Source: Candidatus Versatilivorator sp. (lineage in GTDB: Bacteria; Acidobacteriota; Terriglobia; Versatilivoradales; Versatilivoraceae). From it: a stretch of DNA of 64,000 bases. The stretch lies in contig OZ242296.1 of the NCBI GenBank assembly GCA_965207735.1, positions 3,200,001 through 3,264,000 of the forward strand, in the 5' to 3' direction. Shown one piece after another: positions 1-9,329 of the stretch. The position numbers and the translations under genes are program-made. The notes under the pieces are model-generated. The model searched no databases, had not been told where the DNA came from, and worked only from the letters and a program-made list of their open reading frames with translations. Numbering within the stretch: the first letter of the stretch is position 1; each line of letters begins with the position of its first letter.

Positions 1-2885
1 GTACGCCGCAAGTCCGGGACAAGCTCACGGAAGCCGCCCAGGTATCGTCCTGCGAACAGGTGACCGTTGGGCATTTGGCCGGGTTGACAAGGTTGGATCT
101 ATCGGGGTCTGGCATCGCGTGGCTCGATCAGGACGACTTCAGTGGGCTGAGCCACCTGCAAATCCTTCTATTGAACAACAATATCCTGAGAGATTTGCCC
201 CGGGACGTCTTTGACGGATTGAGAAAACTGGAAACGTTGTGGTTGCAGGACAACTTTCTGAGTGAATTGCCGGAGGGAATTCTTGACGACTTCGTCGTTA
301 CCTTGGAAGACCTGCGCATCGATCCGCGGTTGAAATCCAAAATCCTATTCCATCTGACGAAACAGCATGCGGTCGAAGGCGCGTTTGTGAGGGTGAGAGT
401 GTGGTTGAGCCACGGGCTGCCCGTGGCCGTCCGAGTCCCCTACACGGTGAGTGGCACGGCTTCTGCGAATGAATTTGGGAGACTATCGCCCAGCCCCCAA
501 ACCGGACTTCTATTCTTGGCCGGGGAAAGGTCCCATGAGATTGCCTTCGCTCTGTCTGAGGACGCGGACACATTGGGCAAGACGATCGTTCTGACATTGG
601 GTTCGACCTCCCATATCAGTCTAAAGCGCTCCGATGGCGAGGGAAACGATGCGCCCGGACTGGGTTCCGAGACCTTTCTGGACCGACCGGACGGCAACTC
701 GAGCCACACGGTCACAGTAATTGATTCCGACGAACCGGCAATGGTATGCGGGCGCACCCCTCTGGTGATGGAAAGTTTGATGCGGGCAACCGGGAATTCG
801 ACCTGTGACGACGTCACCCTGGCGGATCTGTCCCGGGTGGAGAGATTGGACTTCAGGAACTCCGACATCAGCACCCTTGAAGCTCACGATTTCAAAGGGC
901 TCAGTTCCTTGGAGTTTCTATGGTTAAGAGACAACGACCTGACGGAATTACCGGAGGAGGTTTTTCACGGTCTGCATAACTTGACGCATCTGACTCTGCA
1001 ATGGAACTCCCTGAACAGGTTGCCCAAGGGAGTTTTTCGGGGACTGCATTCTCTGAAGTCCCTTGGCCTGAACTACAACTCTCTGAGCACGTTGCCCACG
1101 GGAATTTTCAACGAGTCGAACGCTCTGGAAGATTTGACTTTGTATGGCAATTCCTTAAGCCAATTGCCCTCTGGAGCCTTTAGCGGACTGAGCAACCTGC
1201 GTGAGTTGCACTTGCACATCAACCACTTGAATTCCTTGCCGGAGGGGATCTTCCACGGGTTGAGCGCTCTGGAGGAATTGTCCCTAAGCTACAATTCCGT
1301 GAGAAGGCTACCACAGGGGATCTTTCGAGGGTTGAGCGACTTGAAAGGGCTGGGATTGGGACGCAACCAATTAAGCAACTTGCCGGAAGGGGTCTTCAAC
1401 GGACTCGGCAATCTGCAATCCTTGGGGTTGAGTTACAACAACCTGACGAGCTTGCCCAAGGGGCTCTTCAGAGGACTCGGCAATCTCAGGGAGTTGTATT
1501 TGACGGGAAACCCGCTCAGAGATTTACCCGAGGGTGTCGTTGACGATGCACTCGGCACGCTGGGCGCAGACTTTCTCATGAACTTCTCGTTGAATTTGGG
1601 AACCTTTAGACGTGGCAGAGGAACGTTGACCGGAAGACTGGTTGTACCCCCGCACTTGAAGGCCGAGCTCGCTTTCGAATCGCCTGCGCAGCAAGCCCTC
1701 GACGGCGCGTCAGTGAGCGTACCGGTCTCGTTGAGCCGTAGGCTGCCTGTGGCCGTGAGAGTGCCATACACCATTGGCTCCAGCGGGACCGTGGGTCGTT
1801 TGACGGGTCTCTCGCCCGATCCGGACAGCGGCCTGTTGTTTCGGGCCGGAGAGACCCATCAAGAGATTGCCTTCACCTTGCCGCGACAGGTTGGCGCCCA
1901 GGGGGAAAGGGCAGTAATTCTGGATCTGGGCAAACCCTCGGAGATCGGCTTGCGCCGGTCCGACGGCCGGGGACCCGATGCTCCTTACCTTTTGACCGAA
2001 AACCTGGTCCTGCGTTCAGACCAGGGCGCCGTCCACACCGTCACGGTCCTCGACTCCGATCCCCCGGATCGGAAACCGTTCTGCCTGTCCCTCTGGGAGG
2101 GCGCTCCCTGCTGGACAGTATCCAACATGCCGCACGTGTTCCTGGGTCCCCTGGGCGAGAGTATTGCCACCACCGAACTCATCATCACTCACAAGGATCC
2201 CGGCCCGACAGCTTGTGAGGTGGCTGTGCTGTTTCACCGGGGGACCTCGACGGCTCCAGCGATATCGTTCAACGGTCAGTTCCTTTTCCGGAATATTCTC
2301 CGCGCCATCATCCCCAGAGGAGGAGCCGAGGTCCTGACCTTGTCGGCTCCTGACGCACAGGCGCCTGCAGCCGGAGCTGTTTACATCTTCACCCGCTCTC
2401 CCTGCACGGCTGACTCGTTTCATGTGCAGGGACGCTCCTTGCTTGAAAACCAGATCGATGGAGAAATCGACGAGCTGTTTCCCGTAGACCCGCAGTCCGC
2501 AGAAGAGTGGCTGGGTGACGGGGACTGTCGAGTCCTCACAGGTGTATTCGACAATGGCGGCAATGTCGGGATAGCCGCGGTAACCACTCAGCCGGGGCAA
2601 GCCGCTCCGCCCGGAACCCGACTTCGCTTTCAAGCATTCGATCTGCAAGGCAACTTCATCGCCCGGGTACCGGGTCTGGAGGTGTCCGGTGGCTACCAGG
2701 CTGTCTCGCCCTGGCAGTTCGACCAAGCCACTTCCATCCGGATGTGTCTGGACGTACCGGGCAGAAGCGGCTTCCAACTGGCCGTCACTGCTATCGGAGC
2801 CACGGTCAAGGACACCGGAGTGCAATATGTCACCGAGAGCTTCCACGGGGGAGGGGTGTCGGAGGGCAACCGTTCCGATCCGTGA
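1..2885 (+). CDS. Leucine-rich-repeat protein with two Ig/Calx-beta-like spacer domains and an unknown C-terminal domain; 5'-truncated by the window edge
   Basis: The frame is open upstream of GTG 60 (from nt 3: TPQVRDKLTEAAQVSSCEQV). 24-aa LRRs (LxxLxLxxNxLxxLPxxxFxGLxx): about 3 in the first block and 10 in the second. Each block is followed by a homologous LPVAVRVPYT...GLLFxAGE...RSDGxGxDAP module. Confidence 0.9.
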   Translation, partial: TPQVRDKLTEAAQVSSCEQVTVGHLAGLTRLDLSGSGIAWLDQDDFSGLSHLQILLLNNNILRDLPRDVFDGLRKLETLWLQDNFLSELPEGILDDFVVTLEDLRIDPRLKSKILFHLTKQHAVEGAFVRVRVWLSHGLPVAVRVPYTVSGTASANEFGRLSPSPQTGLLFLAGERSHEIAFALSEDADTLGKTIVLTLGSTSHISLKRSDGEGNDAPGLGSETFLDRPDGNSSHTVTVIDSDEPAMVCGRTPLVMESLMRATGNSTCDDVTLADLSRVERLDFRNSDISTLEAHDFKGLSSLEFLWLRDNDLTELPEEVFHGLHNLTHLTLQWNSLNRLPKGVFRGLHSLKSLGLNYNSLSTLPTGIFNESNALEDLTLYGNSLSQLPSGAFSGLSNLRELHLHINHLNSLPEGIFHGLSALEELSLSYNSVRRLPQGIFRGLSDLKGLGLGRNQLSNLPEGVFNGLGNLQSLGLSYNNLTSLPKGLFRGLGNLRELYLTGNPLRDLPEGVVDDALGTLGADFLMNFSLNLGTFRRGRGTLTGRLVVPPHLKAELAFESPAQQALDGASVSVPVSLSRRLPVAVRVPYTIGSSGTVGRLTGLSPDPDSGLLFRAGETHQEIAFTLPRQVGAQGERAVILDLGKPSEIGLRRSDGRGPDAPYLLTENLVLRSDQGAVHTVTVLDSDPPDRKPFCLSLWEGAPCWTVSNMPHVFLGPLGESIATTELIITHKDPGPTACEVAVLFHRGTSTAPAISFNGQFLFRNILRAIIPRGGAEVLTLSAPDAQAPAAGAVYIFTRSPCTADSFHVQGRSLLENQIDGEIDELFPVDPQSAEEWLGDGDCRVLTGVFDNGGNVGIAAVTTQPGQAAPPGTRLRFQAFDLQGNFIARVPGLEVSGGYQAVSPWQFDQATSIRMCLDVPGRSGFQLAVTAIGATVKDTGVQYVTESFHGGGVSEGNRSDP

Positions 2886-2897
2886 GGGTTCCGTGCA

Positions 2898-5800
2898 ATG
2901 CTGACGCCAGTGCGATTGCAATACATTGAAGCCTGTTCCGGGACCGCGATCTGGTCGGTAGTCATCCTGATTGCTCTCGCCTGCCCTGGCTCCTATCGTT
3001 CCCAAAACAGCCTGCCCAATCTCAAACCCTTTCAACCCGAAGGCTGGTCGGACGCCATCGTGGTCTCCAACCGGCAGGACACCAGTACCGACACCCTTGG
3101 ACTGGAAGCCTCCGACAGGATCTACGTGGATTTCGCCGTAATCAACAGCGGCAATTCCCCGGCGGCCGCACCATTTCGAGTCGAGCTCTTCCTGGACGGA
3201 CTGTTGTGGGAGACCTTCGACATTCCTACTCCCCTGGAGCCTCGGGCCTTTCGATTTCGTCTGGATTACCCTCTTGGACAAGTGGGCGCCGGCACCCATA
3301 CCCTCCAAGTCGTCGCCGATGCCGGAGACTCGATCTCGGAGAGCGACGAATCCGATAACGCCTATACACGGACGTTTAACGTCGGCAGCGACTGCTTTCC
3401 TCTGACAACCAGAGTTTCACCCCGGCGAGCCGGGACCCTGACCGTGAGTCGAGCACCCAATTGCGGCGGAAGCACCGTCAGCATCAGCCGATTTGCCGTT
3501 CCTGACGATAGTCCGTCGCGCGAGCCGGGTGAACTTGGCATCGCGGGTGAACCTGTGGTCAATGCCCAACGGGCGCGAGCATTTATCTCCCTTGGGGCGA
3601 GGGTTCAAACGGAGGATCGGGTAAGAGTGATCGTGGGATTGAGAACTGAAGGCCGATCGGTCGGCTCCGCCGCCTCCAGCTTGAGGGTGGCAGCCGCTCG
3701 CACGCCGGTGATTGCTCGCGCCCAGCAATCGGTGGCGAACCGGTTGAACGATCATAATGTGTCCATCATCCGGCGGTTCAAGTTCATTCCCTATGTGGCG
3801 ATGGAGGTGGACGAAGCAGCCTTGGATGCACTTGCTTCGGACCCGGAAGTCGTCAGCATCGAGGAAGATGAAGTCGTCCGGCCGACGCTGGAGGAAAGCG
3901 CGCCGTTGATTGGAGCTCCCCAGGCCTGGGCTCAAGGTTATGACGGTTCGGGACAAGCGATTGCCATCCTGGATACGGGGGTGAACAAGCATCACCCCTT
4001 TCTGTCGGAAAGGGTGGTGTCCGAGGCCTGCTATTCAAGTACGGAAGATCTCTTTTCACCACCGGTATGTCCCGGGGGCGTCAGCGAGTCGACCGGTTCG
4101 GGATCGGCAACCCCCTGTCCCGCGAGTGACTGCTATCACGGAACTTCAGTAGCCGGGGTCGCCGCCGGTCGAGGGACGGACTTCTCGGGCGTGGCCCCGG
4201 GGGCTCGGATCATCGCAATCCAGGTATTCTCTCAATGCTTTATCTCCAGGAACTGCATCCTCTCTTTCAATAGCGATTGGATCGCCGGGTTGGAGCGTGT
4301 TCTCGAGCTGAGCGCCAGCTTCGACATCGCTGCCGTCAACATGAGCTTCGGCGGCAGAACATTCTCGCAGGTATGCGACTCCGAATTCCCGGCTGCAAAA
4401 GACGCCCTGGACAACCTCCGCGCGGTCGGCATCGCCTCCATTGCATCCTCCGGAAACCGCGGCTCCGGCAAAGCCATCGAGTTCCCCGCCTGCATCTCCA
4501 GCGCTGTAAGCGTGGGGTCTACCGGCGACGGCGGTGAAGAGACTAGCTCGGAAACGGTCTCCGAGTTCTCAAACAGCTCACCTTTGCTGGACCTGCTGGC
4601 TCCGGGCGAGTCGATCACTACGTCCGGACCCGACGATAGTTTCGACACGTACAAGGGAACCTCCTATGCCGTTCCGCACGTGGCCGGCGCCTGGGCCGTG
4701 CTGAAATCCAAGGCTCCCAATGCCTCGGTCAGCGAACTGCTTTCCGTGCTGAAGGACACCGGCATCCCCATTGCCGACCCTCGAAACCGTCTCGTCACAC
4801 CCCGCATCCAGGTCGACGCCGCCCTCGACAGGATCGTTGAGGAACTACCCTACTCCTCCGGCACCCGCCTCACTCTGACCGCCAGACCCAATTCCGGATT
4901 TCGGTTCAAGAGCTGGCGGGGATGCGACTCCCCCTCCGGGAACCGGTGCGTGGTGGAGATGGAGTCAACCAAGCAGGTGGTTGCCTTTTTCGAACCGGCA
5001 GCGTCCAGCCTCCCGGATCTGATTACGACTTCACTGACGGGGCCCTCGACGGCGCTCATCGGCAGCACGGCTTCCATCTCCGCCGATATTCGCAATCAGG
5101 GTCCGGCCAACGCCGGTCCCTTCCGGTTGGGCCTCTATCTGTCTACAGACAGCACCATCACCACCGACGACACCTGGTTCGCCGCTTGCTCCTACGAGGC
5201 GGGCCTTCTGGCGGGAGAATCCGAAACCTGCAGCCGTTCCTATCCCATCCCTCCCCGGGTGAGTCCCGGCCGCTACTACCTGGGGGCTATTGTGGACGAT
5301 CTGGATCGGGTGGCCGAGAACAGCGAAACCAACAACGCTCGCGTGTCCGATTCAGGCCCGATGGATGTCCTGGCTCCCAGGACCCTCTCCCGTTCCTTCG
5401 TGCCGGTCATCCTGAGCGCCGAGGGACGCCGGGGCTCCTTCTTCACCTCGGAGCTGACCCTGACCAACCGAGGGTCTCGGGAGGCGAGCCTCAACTACAC
5501 CTACAGGGCACATGCCGGAGGGGGAAGCGGCATAGCCTCGGACCTGCTGGCTCCCGGGGAGCAGAGGATCGAACCCGACGCGCTCGGGCATCTCAGGCGC
5601 CTGGGTATCCCCGTCCCGGAGACGGGCAATCGTATCGGGACCCTGGGGGTTGAAGTCCTGGCCACTGAGGAGGTAGGCGTTCTGGTTCGAACCACGACCC
5701 TGGCGCCCGAGGGACGAGCCGGCCTTTCCTATCCGGGTGTCGCCGGCGGCCACGGGTTCGAGGAGCCGGTCTATCTGTGCGGCTTGCGTCAAAACATCCT

Positions 5801-6839
5801 GGACCGTTCCAACGTGGCCTTTCAGCACATGGGAAGTTCGGACGAGGGACCGATCACGCTGAGGACCACGGTATTCCCCGGGGATGAAGCCGATTCCAAT
5901 TCCCCCGACCTGAAGGACGTGACCCTGGAGCCGGGAGAATTTCACCAGTACTCGGAGGTGTTAGGTACCGTGGCCAACGGCTACGTCCGGGTGGAGCGGG
6001 TCGACGGAAAGGCCCCCTTCTATGCCTACGGGGTCATAAACGACAATGCCAACTCCGACGGCTCCTTCGTCTTTCCGGTCGCTTCCAGCTCCCTGGAGGG
6101 CAGCCTGCGCCACACCCTGCCGGTGATCGTCGAGGTCAACGAGTTCTCCAGCGAACTGACAGTGACCAACTTCTCCGAAGAGACCAAGACCCTCGACTTC
6201 AGCTTCGTGGCCGAGGGGCTCACCACTGCCGACCGCACGGCCCGCTTCAGCCTGAGGCTGGAACCGGGACAGCAGCGGATCATTCCCGACGTCATCGACA
6301 CCGAATTGCGCCGGCAGGGCGTGGAGGGGGTGCCCGCGGGGAGGGGTGGACTGGCCGGGGCTCTGTTCGCCACAGTGAAGAGCGGCGACATGAACGGGAT
6401 CGTGATCGGGGCCCGCACCAGCTCCTCCGACGGCCGCGGCGGGCAGTACGGGGTCTTCTACAACGCCGTGCCCGACGGAGCAGCATTTGGCGGCGCCGCC
6501 TGGATCGATGCCCTGCAGCAGAACGAAGAGAACCGCAGCAACCTGGCCCTGGTCAACACCGGAGAAGTCGACGACAGCCCCAGCGTCTTCGAGATCGACA
6601 TCTACGACGGGGAGACCGGCATGCTGGTCCGGACGGCCAAGACCCAACCGCTCCCCGCACTGCGCTGGCGCCAGATCAACGGAATTCTGGCCGACCATGC
6701 CCGGGGAACCACCCAGGGCTACGTTCGGGTCCGCCGGATTTCCGGCAACAATCCCTTCCTGGCCTACGGGGTAGTCAACGACGGCGGAGCCCCGGGCCAG
6801 CGTAGCGGCGACGGGGCCTACGTCCCGGCGCGCCGGTAG
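2898..6839 (+). CDS. Exported S8 (subtilisin-like) serine protease: CARDB - propeptide - S8 - CARDB - shared C-terminal domain
   Basis: Catalytic motifs ILDTG, HGTSVAG and GTSYAVPHVAG. CARDB signatures VADAGDSISESDESDN and IVDDLDRVAENSETNN. Hydrophobic N-terminus. The C-terminal ~480 aa is homologous to the next two genes. Confidence 0.92.
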   Translation: MLTPVRLQYIEACSGTAIWSVVILIALACPGSYRSQNSLPNLKPFQPEGWSDAIVVSNRQDTSTDTLGLEASDRIYVDFAVINSGNSPAAAPFRVELFLDGLLWETFDIPTPLEPRAFRFRLDYPLGQVGAGTHTLQVVADAGDSISESDESDNAYTRTFNVGSDCFPLTTRVSPRRAGTLTVSRAPNCGGSTVSISRFAVPDDSPSREPGELGIAGEPVVNAQRARAFISLGARVQTEDRVRVIVGLRTEGRSVGSAASSLRVAAARTPVIARAQQSVANRLNDHNVSIIRRFKFIPYVAMEVDEAALDALASDPEVVSIEEDEVVRPTLEESAPLIGAPQAWAQGYDGSGQAIAILDTGVNKHHPFLSERVVSEACYSSTEDLFSPPVCPGGVSESTGSGSATPCPASDCYHGTSVAGVAAGRGTDFSGVAPGARIIAIQVFSQCFISRNCILSFNSDWIAGLERVLELSASFDIAAVNMSFGGRTFSQVCDSEFPAAKDALDNLRAVGIASIASSGNRGSGKAIEFPACISSAVSVGSTGDGGEETSSETVSEFSNSSPLLDLLAPGESITTSGPDDSFDTYKGTSYAVPHVAGAWAVLKSKAPNASVSELLSVLKDTGIPIADPRNRLVTPRIQVDAALDRIVEELPYSSGTRLTLTARPNSGFRFKSWRGCDSPSGNRCVVEMESTKQVVAFFEPAASSLPDLITTSLTGPSTALIGSTASISADIRNQGPANAGPFRLGLYLSTDSTITTDDTWFAACSYEAGLLAGESETCSRSYPIPPRVSPGRYYLGAIVDDLDRVAENSETNNARVSDSGPMDVLAPRTLSRSFVPVILSAEGRRGSFFTSELTLTNRGSREASLNYTYRAHAGGGSGIASDLLAPGEQRIEPDALGHLRRLGIPVPETGNRIGTLGVEVLATEEVGVLVRTTTLAPEGRAGLSYPGVAGGHGFEEPVYLCGLRQNILDRSNVAFQHMGSSDEGPITLRTTVFPGDEADSNSPDLKDVTLEPGEFHQYSEVLGTVANGYVRVERVDGKAPFYAYGVINDNANSDGSFVFPVASSSLEGSLRHTLPVIVEVNEFSSELTVTNFSEETKTLDFSFVAEGLTTADRTARFSLRLEPGQQRIIPDVIDTELRRQGVEGVPAGRGGLAGALFATVKSGDMNGIVIGARTSSSDGRGGQYGVFYNAVPDGAAFGGAAWIDALQQNEENRSNLALVNTGEVDDSPSVFEIDIYDGETGMLVRTAKTQPLPALRWRQINGILADHARGTTQGYVRVRRISGNNPFLAYGVVNDGGAPGQRSGDGAYVPARR

Positions 6840-6927
6840 GATTGGCGGCCAGGGTTCTTCCCTGGTTGCAAGGACAGTCTCAGCCCCTTTCCCCTTCAGG
6901 ACTAGAAGCGTCGTGCGGTTTATTTAC

Positions 6928-6955
6928 TTGACGAAACTACCGCATGGTATAGATT
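6928..6955 (+). promoter_or_regulatory. Putative sigma70 promoter of the 7017 gene
   Basis: TTGACG (6928-6933), 16-bp spacer, TAGATT (6950-6955), in an AT-rich intergenic stretch; GGGAG precedes ATG 7017. Confidence 0.45.
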
Positions 6956-7016
6956 TATAGCCCTTCATCACAGAACTGTCACAGGCGAAGCTCAAAAACA
7001 ACAGGGAGCAATTGTC

Positions 7017-9107
7017 ATGAAATCCAGATCGCTGATGATCGTTTTGGCGTGCGCCATTCTTCTGGTCGCCCTCTTTGCCGAAGTGCGCCCCGCCTCGGCC
7101 CAGGAAGCACCCGCTATCACGGCCCGGGATGTGGTGGACCGGGATTCCCTGAAAACCTTCGTCCAGGGAGCGATTGCATGGTTGGGGGCGCAATTCGAGA
7201 GTGGAGTGGCTGTGGACATTGACGCCCTGAAGGAGGTCTTCAGGATGGACCCTGGGCCCTGGAAGCATGGGTCCACCTACTTCGTTGTGCTGGTTAATAA
7301 CCGTCAAAGTGAAGATTTCATCTTGATATTCTTCGACGCAGGCAATCCGGACCGTGATTCCAAGTTCCTCGGGCTGCTCGAAGACGACAAGGTAGTGAAG
7401 GCCATGAAAGATCTGGTCGCTTTGGCAGTCGAGAATGCGCCCATGATGGAAGGAGGCTTTGTCGAGTATGAAGAGGCAGGCATGAGCAGAGTCAGCTATG
7501 CCCAACTTGTCGTAGCGCCGGCGAACGCAGGAGCTATCGCAGGTCAGGAACTGATCATCAGTGCCGGTTTCAATCCGGGAGACAGTCCAATCGAGATGGA
7601 CGTGATGACGACCTTCGTCCCGGTGGTGCTGGACTCGATGGGGAAGAGCAACTCCCACTTCACTTCGGAGCTGGCCCTGACCAACCGGGGTTCCGATGCG
7701 GCCATGCTCAACTTCACCTATACGGCCGAAGCCGGCGGGGGTAGCGGCATGGCCACCGACATGCTCGGCCCCCACCAGCAGATGATCGCCTCCAACGCCA
7801 TCGACTATCTCAGGAGCCTCAACGTTCCCATTCCCAAAACCGGCAGCCGGGTCGGGACCTTGAGAATGGATGTCTCGGGTTCTTCCGACGTGAGCGCGGT
7901 GGTCCGGACCACCACCCCCACGGCCGTCCCCGAAGGGCGCGCCGGACTGGCCTATCTTGGGATTCCGGAAAACGGGGGATTCCACGACGAAGCGGTTTAC
8001 CTGTGCGGGCTGCGCGACAACCCGGGGGACCGCTCCAACGTGGCCGTCCAGAACATGGGGTCGGAGGGCTCGATCACCTTGAGGATCACGGCCTTTTCCG
8101 GGAATCCGACCGATCCCAGCGGCGAAATGGTGTGGGAAGACACGCTGGGACCGGGAGAGTTCCACCAAGAAAACGCCGTGCTGATGGGGGCTGGCAAGGC
8201 AGCTCCCATTGGGGTCGGCTCTGGGGGCGGCTATGTGAAAGTAGAGCGGGTGGAGGGAATGGCGCCGTTCTACGCCTACGGGGTCATCAACGACAACGCC
8301 AACTCGGACGGCTCCTTTGTCTTTCCGGTCAGCGCCCCCTCGCTGGAGGGAGCCATGGGGCTAACGCTGCCGGCGTTGGTGGAGATTAACCAATTCACCA
8401 CCGAACTGACGCTGACCAACTTCTCGGACCAGCAGAAGGTGCTGATGTTCAGCGCCACCCACGAAAGAATCGAGACGGCGGGCAACACGGTCGGCTTCGG
8501 TCCGGTGCCGCTGGCCCCCGGTCACCAGTACATCATTCCCAATGCGCTCGAATTTGCGCGCCAAACCTACCAACTCGATGTGCCCACCAACCTGGTGGCA
8601 CCCCTGCAGGTCCACGCGGTCGGGGGAGACATGAGCGGGGTCGTGATCGGAGCCCGGGTGGTGGCGCAGGCGGATCCGGAAGATAGGACCAAGGGGCAGT
8701 ACGGCGTCTTCTACACGGCAGTGCCGCGGGGTCAGGGATTCACCACCAGCGCCTGGGTGGACGGGTTGCAGCAGAACGAGGAGAACCGCAGCAACCTGGC
8801 CCTGATCAACACCGGAGAAGTCGACGATGACGCAATCATCTTCGAGCTCGACATCTATGACGGAGAGACCGCCGCGCGGGTCAAGACCGTTACCATGGCG
8901 GAGGAACCCCAAGTCATGGTCCCGGCCAAGGGGTTTCGCCAGATCAACGGCATCCTGGGCACACACGCTCCGGGAACCACGCAGGGCTACGTTGAGATCC
9001 GCAAGGTCTCGGGTGGCAACCCCTTCCTGGCCTACGGAGTGGTCAACGACGGCGGGGCTCCGGGTGAGAGAACCGGTGACGGCGCTTATATCCCGGCCAG
9101 GGAGTAG
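7017..9107 (+). CDS. Secreted protein: one degenerate Cache-like domain plus the shared C-terminal domain
   Basis: Signal peptide ending ...RPASA|QE. Motifs GPWKHGSTYF, GGFVEY and IISAGF. Shared domain runs from FVPVV (7614) to GDGAYIPARE. Confidence 0.85.
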   Translation: MKSRSLMIVLACAILLVALFAEVRPASAQEAPAITARDVVDRDSLKTFVQGAIAWLGAQFESGVAVDIDALKEVFRMDPGPWKHGSTYFVVLVNNRQSEDFILIFFDAGNPDRDSKFLGLLEDDKVVKAMKDLVALAVENAPMMEGGFVEYEEAGMSRVSYAQLVVAPANAGAIAGQELIISAGFNPGDSPIEMDVMTTFVPVVLDSMGKSNSHFTSELALTNRGSDAAMLNFTYTAEAGGGSGMATDMLGPHQQMIASNAIDYLRSLNVPIPKTGSRVGTLRMDVSGSSDVSAVVRTTTPTAVPEGRAGLAYLGIPENGGFHDEAVYLCGLRDNPGDRSNVAVQNMGSEGSITLRITAFSGNPTDPSGEMVWEDTLGPGEFHQENAVLMGAGKAAPIGVGSGGGYVKVERVEGMAPFYAYGVINDNANSDGSFVFPVSAPSLEGAMGLTLPALVEINQFTTELTLTNFSDQQKVLMFSATHERIETAGNTVGFGPVPLAPGHQYIIPNALEFARQTYQLDVPTNLVAPLQVHAVGGDMSGVVIGARVVAQADPEDRTKGQYGVFYTAVPRGQGFTTSAWVDGLQQNEENRSNLALINTGEVDDDAIIFELDIYDGETAARVKTVTMAEEPQVMVPAKGFRQINGILGTHAPGTTQGYVEIRKVSGGNPFLAYGVVNDGGAPGERTGDGAYIPARE

Positions 9108-9329
9108 ACGTTTCCAATGGTGCGCCCCGGGCTTGCGCCCGGCTTACTCCCACGCCTACCTGCGGACGCCGCTTTCACAGCTTGCTGGAATCCCTCGGGC
9201 GGAAGCCCGGGGGCGTGTGGACCCCGCTCTGCCGCAACCGCATAAGCAGCGAATCAGGTGCACCCGTCGAGAATTCGGCGCCCGTCCTGAATATGCCGGG
9301 CTTACCCCTACTGAATCGCGTTAAAAAGG

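Noticed and set aside
9126-9216. Riboswitch or ncRNA upstream of the IS
   Set aside because: A long imperfect GC-rich inverted repeat is present, but I recognise no aptamer motif; treated as an unassigned hairpin.
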